This document shows, piece after piece, positions 54,301-64,000 of a stretch of DNA of 64,000 nt. The notes beneath the pieces were generated by a model that was given only the letters and a program-made list of their open reading frames with translations, was not told the origin of the DNA and ran no database searches. Positions within the stretch are counted from its first letter, which is position 1; every line of letters begins with the position of its first letter. This DNA is from Rhizophagus irregularis (taxonomy: Eukaryota), in NCBI RefSeq assembly GCF_026210795.1, contig NC_089432.1, positions 2,914,001-2,978,000 of the forward strand, read 5' to 3'. Position numbers and translations under genes: made by a program.

Positions 54301-56588
54301 ACTAAAAGTTTCCGAACAGCTCTAGACAGACTAACTGGTAATAATATACTTACAAAAGTTGTATAAAAGAACGCGAAGTATTAAACGCAAAATAGGGGTA
54401 AATTTATTTATCTATTTAATCGATAAAACCACGTGACACATTGCTGGTTTTCACAAAAATATTATCAGTACAACCCTGGATTTTTAAAAATAGTTTATCC
54501 ATAAAATGTCCACGAAAATTAGAAATAAATTACCATGTTACTGTAAAACATGCAATGGGAAAATAGTGGATGAAAGGACAAAAAAGAGTCATGAAGAATT
54601 AGAAACTCAATTAGCTTTTAATGTTTCCGGATTTGTTCCCTCGGCAAATATGAATATGCTCTTGTCTAATCCTGAACCTAACATGACTCCTAGCCAGCAA
54701 CTTATCGCAATGGAAATTGATGAACCTATTATAGAAGGATCATCAAGAAAAGAAATTGGATCGGAACAAGAATCGTCTGGTGATGATAATTATGAAGCTG
54801 ATTTTGAACACTATGCTAGACGAAGACAAGATCGATTTCAAGAACCGGATGCAAATCAGTGTGATGAAAATTCAAATGATGATGAAAGTACAAAATCAAT
54901 TGTAAGTAGTGAAAACGACAGAGATAGTGACGATGAAATTCAATTTACTGCCCCCGATTTTGACGATGATACAGAATTTAAATATTCCGATACTACTATC
55001 GATTATGCAGATTCATGGATTTTAATATGGATTTTTAAATACCAATCAAGATTTCGTTTGTCAGACGTGTCTATCGACGTCTTGATCAAATTTTTTCGCC
55101 AAGTACTGGAGGATGCCAACAGGACAAGATTTGCTGACTTTCCATCCTCTTTATATGTCGCAAAAAAACTATTTAAATTCAATAAATGCTCAAAAATTTT
55201 TACGGCATGTACAAATTGCCATACATTATACAATACTGCTGAAATTGGTGATACAGAATTTAAATGTAAACATGTAGAATTTCCAAATCACACATTGCGA
55301 ACAAAAAGGGAACCCTGTGGAACAGTATTAACTGAGAAAATACCAATCAATAAAGGGTATAAAAGACGTCCCAAAATGTTGTTTCCTCTACCGAATTTAA
55401 AAATGCAAATAATTACCTTATACCAGCGACCAGAATTTGAACAACAACTTAGAAAATGGACCGATCGGCATATAGATAATGAGTTAATAACAGACATTTA
55501 TGATGGAGAAATTTGGAAATCGTTTCCAAATGATCAGACATCCCCATTTTTTTCACCTGAAAAAGCTGATTCCCACCTTGGAATCATGCTCAATCTCGAT
55601 TGGTTCCAACCTTTTGATTCGGCTGTATATAGTTCTGGTGCAATATATGGAGTTATTTGTAACCTCCCACGAGACCTTCGATTTAAGAAGGAGAATATGT
55701 TAACTCTTGGTCTTCTACCTGGACCAGAAGAAGCCAAATTACATCAAATTAATAATTATTTAGCTCCAATAGTAAATGAATTGCTAGAATTTTGGAATGG
55801 AGTTGATTTGCCATCCACTTATAATTATCCTAGTGGTAGGAACGTTAGAATGGCTGTAATTTGTTGCAGTAGCGATGTTCCAGCTACTAGAAAATTAGGT
55901 GGTCATATATCAGCACTTGTAGGATGCCATAGGTGTTATAAGAAAGCGAACAATGAAGGCGGCCAAAAATTAAATTTTGGAGGGTTTGAAGATATGAAAG
56001 ATTGGTTCATAATGAGAGATGCAGAAGTACATCGACATAATGCTGTAATTTGGAAAAAACAGCAGTCAGAAGAAAGTAGAAACAAATTTGTTAAGAGGAC
56101 ACATGTCAGGTGGTCTGAAATGCTCCGATTGCCCTATTACAACCCGATTAGACATTTAGTTGTTGATCCAATGCATAATTTATTTTTGGGCATTGCAAAA
56201 TGGATCGTTAAAAAACTATGGATTGATAGTGGAAAAATTACTCAATCTGACCTTGAGGCAATGGAAAAAAAGGCAGAAAAAATTAAATTACCTGCAAATA
56301 TGGGTCGAATTCCAAATAAAATTGCAACCGGAAATGGATTCTCTGGATTTACAGCAGATCAGTGGAAAACTTTCATATTAATTTATGCTATTCCACTTCT
56401 ATGGAATTTGCTAAGTAAATCTGATCAGAAAATTTTAGGAAATTTTGTCAGAGCTTGTTCTTTACTGGTCTCTAGAATTATCAATAATGATATGCTGAAT
56501 GAAGCTCATGAATGTTTGCTTAAAGTTGCCATATTAATTGAAAAAGATTATGGACCGGGAATGATCTCTCCAAATATTCATCTAAGCC

Positions 56589-59287
56589 CACTAGTCGAAA
56601 AAGGACAATTCGGCCTAAATTTGACCAGGTCGAATATAGGTCGAATAATGGTCTAACCTGTGTCAAATTGAGGTCGAATTTTCGGGCGCATTTAGGGTGC
56701 CAATCGTCCCAAATTCGGACTAATTATTCGACCATTATTTAGGTTTAAATTGACCAATATTCGACCTTAAAACTTTAAGCCGAATTATGGTCTAATAACA
56801 ACCCATTTATTTATAAATTTATTTTGATTTTTTTTATCAAATTTATTAAATAAATGTATTTATTAATGCTTAAATACTTTATAATTATATTATTATTATT
56901 GCATCTATCTAATTTACAAAAAATATTGCTAATTCTAATACAATTCCACAATTACATGATTCATGTATTCGTATATACGAATCTTTGATTGTTCTTTAGC
57001 AATCCATCCGAACCTATAAAAAAAGAGAAGAACAGTTAGTAACCGTTCATAATAATAAAAAAAAATAAGAAAAAAAACCAAGATTCGTACTTACGAATCT
57101 TTGGTTTTTTCCGTTCTTCAGAAGATACCCGAGACACCTGAGACCTAAAAAGAAAAGAAAAGAACGGTTATTAGTAACCGTTCATAATAATATTAAAAAA
57201 AAAATCAAAAAAAATAAACTCTTTTCCCGAAGGTCGGAAGCCCACTCCACCCGATCCTAAAAAAAAGAAAGAACGGTTATTAGTAACCGTTCATTAATAT
57301 TAAAAAAAAAAAATTAAAAAAATTAAACCAAGATTCGTACTTACGAATCTTGGTTTTTTCACACAAAAGCCCGCCCGAACCTATAAAAAAAAGAAAGGAA
57401 CGGTTAGTAAACCGTTCCAAAATGATAAAAAAATAAAAATAAAAAAATATATAAAGATTCGTACTGTACTTACGAATCTTTATCTTTGGGTTTTCGTTCT
57501 TCGGAAGCCCACCCGAACCTAAAAAAAAAAGAAAGAATGGTTAGTAAACCATTCATAATAATCAAAAATAAAAAAGATTAAAGATTCGTACTTACGAATC
57601 TTTGGGTTTTCGTTCTTCGGAAGCCCACCCGAACCTATAAAAAAAAAAGAAAGAATGGTTAGTAAACCATTCGTAATAATCAAAAATAAAAAAGATTGAA
57701 GATTCGTACTTACGAATCTTTGGGTTTTCGTTCTCCGGAAGCCCACCCGATCCTAAAAAAAAGAAAAGAACGGTTATTAGTAACCGTTCATATATTAAAA
57801 AAAAAACAAAAAAATTAAACCAAGATTCGTACTTACTTACGAATCTTGGTTTCTTGGTTTTCCGTTCTTCGGAAGCCCACCCGATCCTAAAAAAAGAAAA
57901 GAACGGTTATTAGTAACCGTTCATATATTAAAAAAAAAACAAAAAAATTAAACCAAGATTCGTACTTACTTACGAATCTTGGTTTCTTGGTTTTCCGTTC
58001 TTCGGAAGCCCACCCGATCCTAAAAAAAGAAAAGAACGGTTATTAGTAACCGTTCATATATTAAAAAAAAAAACAAAAAAAATTAAACCAAGATTCGTAC
58101 TTACTTACGAATCTTGGTTTCTTGGTTTTCCGTTCTTCGGAAGCCCACCCGATCCTAAAAAATAAAAAAGAACGGTTATTAGTAACCGTTCATATATTAA
58201 AAAAAAAAACAAAAAAAATTAAACCAAGATTCGTACTTACTTACGAATCTTGGTTTCTTGGTTTTCCGTTCTTCGGAAGCCCACCCGATCCTAAAAAAAA
58301 GAAAAGAACGGTTATTAGTAACCGTTCATATATTAAAAAAAAAAACAAAAAAAATTAAACCAAGATTCGTACTTACTTACGAATCTTGATTTCTTGGTTT
58401 TCCGTTCTTCGGAAGCCCACCCGATCCTAAAAAATAAAAAAGAACGGTTATTAGTAACCGTTCATATATTAAAAAAAAATCAAAAAAAATAAACCAAGAT
58501 TCGTACTTACGAATCTTGGTTTCTTGGTTTTCCGTTCTTCGGAAGCCCATCCGATCCTAAAAAATAGAAAAGAACGGTTATTAGTAACCGTTCATAATAT
58601 TTTTTTAAAAAAATAAAAAAAAAATCCAAGATTCTTACGAATCTTTGGAATTTTCCCGTTCTTCGGAACACGGAAGCCCACCCGAACGGCCGAATCTAAA
58701 AAAAAAAGTAATAAAAGAACGGTTAGTAACCGTTCATACTAAATTAAAAAAATAAATAAATAAACCAAGTTTCGTACTTACGAAACTTGGTTTTTCCATA
58801 CTTCGGAAGCCCACCCGAGCCTTTTAAATGGGCGTCTTGAATCTAAAAAAGAAAAAAACGAAAATGTTAGTGAAACGTTTCGTTAAAAAAAGTAAAAATT
58901 CGAAGGTATATGTATACCTTCGAAAGAGATAAGTGACGAAAGGAAAGGGAAAAGGGTAAGGAAGGGAAAAGCGAAGGAAGGGAAAGGAGAACGAAGGGAG
59001 GGAAAGGGAAAGAAGAAAAACTGGGACGAAAGAAAAGGGGAACGAAGGAAGGGAAATGGCGAGGAGGGAAGGAAGAAAATTAAAAAAGTTTAAAAAAGGA
59101 TCATCCTTTTTTAAACTTTTATTTTAATACGCGTATCGCGTAATGCGTAACGTTTGATTAACATAATTCAACTAGGTTGAATATATGTCTAATCGTAGAT
59201 CTTTACTAATTGAAGTCGAATTTTATTAATTCTAGTCGAATATAGGCCAAATTGTATTAAGGCCGAATATTCCTTTTTCAACTAGTG
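56589..59287. mobile_element. Non-autonomous CACTA element, 2699 bp
   Basis: TIR CACTAGTCGAAAAAGGACAATTCGGCCT / AGGCCGAATATTCCTTTTTCAACTAGTG; 3-bp TSD GCC (56586-56588 and 59288-59290). Confidence 0.96.
56990..58925 (-). repeat. ~15 tandem units (116-136 bp) of microexon + hairpin-structured intron
   Basis: Minus-strand unit: TTTTAG|GATCGGGTGGGCTTCCGAAG..ACCAAGATTC|GTAAGT..TACTAAY..poly-Y..TAG. Confidence 0.9.
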
Positions 59288-61781
59288 GCCTTCATCTTGC
59301 AGAATGCTGTAAAGATTATGGCCCACTATATTCCTTTTGGTGCTATTCATTTGAAAGGATGAATGGAATTTTAGGTATTTTTTCCAAATAATGAGATTAT
59401 AGAGGTGTGATCTGCTTAGCGTTATCCAGTCAAAGTCACGTGATATGTCTGTTAATTTCCTTTTTGGGATTAAATGTTATACAAATTTCCAAAAGGAGGC
59501 GTTTCCATTTTTAGATTTTTTTTTTTTGAACGAATATCACCCAAAAAAAAAAATGATCAGCATACTCGTGTATAACCGGATCAGATAATTGGCTCATCGG
59601 CTGATCAGATCGAATTTCATTTAGATTTATTTGACTTATATTATTACTATCTTTAGGTTCCTTTCCGAATAGCCGTCGTCAAATTGAGCCGGAATTACTA
59701 CGAATTATTATGCAGAATTGGAGAATCGATAATCTTATATCCTTTCGATCAGATGATGTTAAACTTTCTGAAGGATTAAAATTATTAAGATCCCAGAGCA
59801 CTACTGGCACTCTTGCCGCTTACGATGAGCTAGATTTTGGTGAACTACTTCAATTTAGACAAATTTTTTGTCAAGAAATTGATGATACAATTAATGGTAG
59901 TGAGCCATTTCCTGGAGAAATGCTTAAACCAAGTAAAAATCGGGTTGCTTTGCCTAATGATGTTTATAAAATATTAACCGACTACTATAATAGTGCTTAT
60001 GATCACCAATTTTTAACAATTGCCGAGTCAACATCAACCAATTCAGGTGGCTCTATTGTTGTACCAAACATAGTTAATCAGTTTGCCCGTGTTAGAATTG
60101 CAGCAGAAATTTTTGGATCAGCAATGTCACCTCGGTACTTGAAAAATGCATATATTTTGGCGAAATTCGTCCAAGAAAACCAAGGAAATGAAACAACCGA
60201 TTTATATCCTGGTCAGGTGCAATATTATTTTGAGCATACAATCAGAATATCAGGTGAACCTACGACTCATCGGTTGGCATTTATCAGATGGTACGAACCA
60301 GCACCAAACCGGCATATACGATTTTATACAAGTATCGATGAAAATGAAAACAGCTCAAATATTGAACTCTGGCAAAATAATTTTTATGATTTACGCCGGG
60401 ATTGCTTAATCCCAATTCATTACATATATAGCCGATTTGTATCTTGTAATTTTGTAGTTGGTAAAAAGAAATTTGTTTCATATCAAGCTGTAATACCAAT
60501 CAATAGGCAATTTCACATATAATAAAGTCTCGTTTATTATTTCTTCTGTCTGAAAAATTTCCCCACTTCTTTTTCTGATTTCTTATCAACTAATTTTAGT
60601 TTAATTTCTTGTTTTTCACCTATTAAGTTCCATCCAAAGAGATTGAGAGAATTACCTAACATAGGTAAAACGATGGTTAACCGGCATGATTGTCGGTTGG
60701 AGTATATCTTTAATATGTAAATTAGAGAGCAATCGGTATCAATTACAAATTGGATATAAATCAGAAGAGTATCAGAAGTATGCTGATTATTGTAGTTAAT
60801 AAAGAAATCTTCCGACTTGTAACTATTTATATATTTGAATATTATCAAGTTGGACAAGTAAATTGTATTTTCCGATTTATATTTTCGTCACATACAAATA
60901 AAAGGATGTTTAAATAATCATTTCAGTTGGTATATTTATTGGTCAATTCTGAAGGGCAACTAGTTGTTGCCAATAATTAACTACAATCGGAAACCACATT
61001 TTTATTAACAGGTAAAATAAATACTAGAGGTGCCAGTGAGTATGCATATTTTATCCGTGTTATCAATATGTGGTGCAACAAATAAATTCAGCAATAAGAA
61101 AATCAATTGCGCAATATAGTATAGCATGATACATAGCAAAAAAAAGGCAAATTTATTCGCTCTCATCCTGTCACGTAATCATATAATAAATGTTTTCATA
61201 TTTAATAAATAATAAATTATAAAGTTATTTTTTATAAATTAAAAAAAAAATATCAAATGAAAAATCAAAGTCGTTTAACAAAAAAAAAGTCATATGAAAA
61301 TCTTGTATAAACATATTGGACGGATATTCCAAAATCTGGATAATTCCCAACTCTCTTTTTTCAATAAATTAAAAATATTCATTTGGTAATAAAGATTTTA
61401 TATAAAATAGCATACCATCATGACTACTACAACCACGACCATGACCTCCTTCTCTCCATTCCCTAAAATTATTTAAAAAAGTCTAAATAATAAAAAAAAC
61501 TTGCTAAATTTAAAATTCTTGCTTCTCGATCATTGGTATTGTGTACCATATAATAAAATTAGAAAGAATGCAGGATCAGTTGAGATGGGGAAAATTATAA
61601 TTTCTGAAAATTAAATTAGAATTTTACATTTTTTTTATGTAGAAAAAAATTAGAATTCCCATTTTATATATGATACAATATATACTAATAGACATACAAC
61701 TAATATTTTTATGTGATTATGTAATCAATTTTATTCAAATAACAAAAAATTTTAAAAATAAAAAAAAACAAATACAATACT

Positions 61782-63250
61782 TTAAATGTTATTGTTATTT
61801 CTTTCAATTGCTTTTGCCGTTTTTTCAGATAAAGTAATTGCAGCAGTATACCTGGTTCCACCATCACTTAAGTCAAGTTTAGATGTACCATGTACCGCTT
61901 TAGTCAACCAGCACCAAATGGAATTTGACGACATTTCAATTGCAATACCATATTCTGGGTAAAAAAAAAATCCATCTTTAACTATTCCTTCCTCATAAAC
62001 ATATCCCACAGCATATTCTGACCGGTCATTGTCTATATGTCCAATTGCTTCATAATTTTCAGTACAAAATACTGCACCTATAATTTCATTATCATCTAAT
62101 TCTGATTGATTTTTAAATTTTTCATAAGAATCGACAGACCAGTGCAAATGTTGTTTTCCAAATTCAAACAACCATTTAGCCAAAGTAATTCCATTCTCAC
62201 AAAGTATTTTTTGTTCCTCAGGGTTAGAAGTTTTATAAACATATTTGTCATAACCAGAATTTAAACGATTGGGACGAAATCCGTCACCAACCATTTTTCC
62301 AAAAGATGCATGTGCCTTTCCACGTTTAATGATAGGATGACCTTCAATTATCGATTTAATTTTTATTCCAAAATGATTTGATAATTTTTTTATTGCTGCA
62401 TCACGTATGACCGCACCTACAGCTTTACCATTATATTTTAAAATAACTGACTTATTTTTACCAATTATTTTAATTTCTAAATCTTTTAGCAAATTAATAT
62501 GATCACCACTGTCAAAACAAGAAACCCTTTTTCCTAGATATTTATTTGCTAAGTCAGGACAGTAGTCAACTTCTACATCTAACATCGATGTTTCCATATC
62601 ACCTTTGTGTTTTAAATCTTTTGGAGTAATCTTAACTCTCTCTTTCCAAATATCTAATAAATATTCATTTTTTGTATTGATTAAATGTCGAGAAAATGTT
62701 GATAAAGGATCCTATAAAATAAAAATTTTTTTTTTTAACGTTAATATTGTTAAAAAAAAAATACCATTAATTTCCAAAAATAAGCAACTCATACATACAT
62801 GCATTACAATCATTTTGGCTGAAATTATAAAATTTTAGCCAGAATTACAAGTAAAAAAAAAGTGCTTATTTTTGGAAAATAACATTGACATAAATAAAGT
62901 ATTCCTCCCATCCTTCTTTTATAAATAAGAAAGAATTAATTCTTTTCTCACGTAAAATTTGGTTAGGAGGTATATTTATATTAATACCCTTTCTATCCTC
63001 CTTCCACAGGTCTTTAAAAAGAATTAAAACTTTAATATATTATAAAATTTGTTTAGGAGCATACTTAAATATATCTATGCCATTTATAATTTTAAAAAAA
63101 AAGATGAATAATAAAAATACATTTATCTAATATTACCTTATTCTTAATTCCTTTTTCCTTTAACCATTCTTCAAATCTTTCTGATTCTCCAAATAAAACT
63201 TTACAATGTAATTTGCTTAATCCACAAAGTACATTTACAACCTCATCCAT
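61782..63250 (-). CDS. TET/JBP-like 2OG-Fe(II) dioxygenase; last exon 62711-61782, upstream exons tentative
   Basis: HxD (GHIDND), distal H (VHGT), 2OG-binding R (TRYT), GFFFYPEYGIAIE and GKMVGDGFR. The frame stays open upstream to an AG acceptor at 62712. Confidence 0.78.
62763..62885. mobile_element. Small MITE in a putative intron of the dioxygenase gene
   Basis: Inverted repeat TTCCAAAAATAAGCA / TGCTTATTTTTGGAA. Confidence 0.55.
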
Positions 63251-64000
63251 ACTAATAGTAGTAGAAGATATCTTAAAGAAATAAAACTTCGTTAAAAATC
63301 TAATTTTCACTTTATTTATTTGAAGAAGGATAAATAAAACGCTACATACTTTTTTTTAGAAGATTCAAAAAATTTTTAGACCGTAAAAAAAAAAGCAAAA
63401 AACACCTTAAAAAAAAAAAGATTGATAATCAGATAATCTAGTTTGGGTATACAAGCCATCAGCAAGTCACGGGAAAAATGTTCATTCCTAAAATGTTCAT
63501 CATAAAAATATGTTGAACATCTATATTAAAATCTATAATAATATAATCAAAATTGATTCTCTACACGCGCGTAAGAAATATCCTTCACAATTAAAATTGC
63601 ATTGCATTCATCTTTACATTTTTTAATCTGAAGCAGGTATCTACAAATAAAAGTAGACACCATTAATATTTCTATCAAAAACGAAAAAAAACTTACAATT
63701 TTTAAACATTAATCATACTTTTCGAACCTACAAAAAAACAAAGAAAAGAAAATTTAGAGTTTCTGCTAAAGAAAATAAAAAAAAAAGATGGTAGGTTTAC
63801 GCAACGAAACTTACCATTTTAAATTCTTAACTCAATACCCCAGACAATCTACAAAAAAAAAGATTATGGTAAATTTCTTAAAGATAATCTATTAATTTAT
63901 TGCTTACTTAGTAAACTAATATAAAACATTATATTTAAAAGATAAAGAAGATTGAAATGTAAAGGTAAATAACAATAAAATCGAAGTGTAATCATGCCCA

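Larger units (their letters stand above)
54506..60522 (+). pseudogene. CACTA/EnSpm transposase (~1010 aa when restored), interrupted by a nested element; segments 54506-56588, 59291-59374, 59657-60522
   Basis: N-terminal CYCKTC..H; DIYDGEIW, LNLDWFQPF, SDVPATRKLGGH, VDPMHNLFLG. Removing the insert restores NIHLSLHLAECCKDYGPLYSFWCYSFERMNGILG. Intron 59375-59656 is GT-AG. Confidence 0.93.
48390..60821. mobile_element. Large CACTA/EnSpm (CMC) element; right boundary uncertain
   Basis: Left end CACAGGTCGAA followed by dense AATCGG/CCGATTG subterminal repeats (48400-48790); encloses the transposase and a divergent partner gene; only a weak TIR match at 60804-60821. Confidence 0.6.

Noticed and set aside
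55003..56381. Antisense and alternate-frame ORFs over the transposase
   Set aside because: Shadow ORFs of a real CDS.
57519..58358. Short ORFs within the array
   Set aside because: Unspliced read-through of repeat units; low complexity.
56990..58860. CRISPR-like look of the palindromic repeats
   Set aside because: No unique spacers (whole units repeat), no cas genes, and a eukaryotic context.
60804..60821. Firm right TIR of the large CACTA element
   Set aside because: Only ~12/18 match to the left end and no TSD; kept as tentative only.

Overview
AT-rich, intron-containing eukaryotic DNA. Gene content and style point to an arbuscular mycorrhizal fungus (Glomeromycotina, Rhizophagus-like); this is inferred, not searched. 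Bases 1-46 kb are a tandem cluster of six five-exon TKL-type kinase + SEL1-repeat genes (one is a pseudokinase; one is frameshifted and has a 4.2-kb intronic insertion), plus a kinase-less SEL1 gene and decayed SEL1 remnants. The cluster is interleaved with MITEs and LINE fragments, several with clean TIRs and TSDs. From 48.4 kb there is a CACTA/EnSpm transposon with a divergent partner gene. Its ~1010-aa transposase is split by a 2.7-kb non-autonomous CACTA element (TSD GCC), and a TET/JBP-like 2OG-Fe(II) dioxygenase follows. The most unusual signal is in that nested element: about 15 tandem units of microexon + spliceosomal intron, with the 5' splice site and the branch point each at the tip of a hairpin showing compensatory changes. 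The same exon/intron array architecture recurs, with unrelated sequence, at several other sites in the window.
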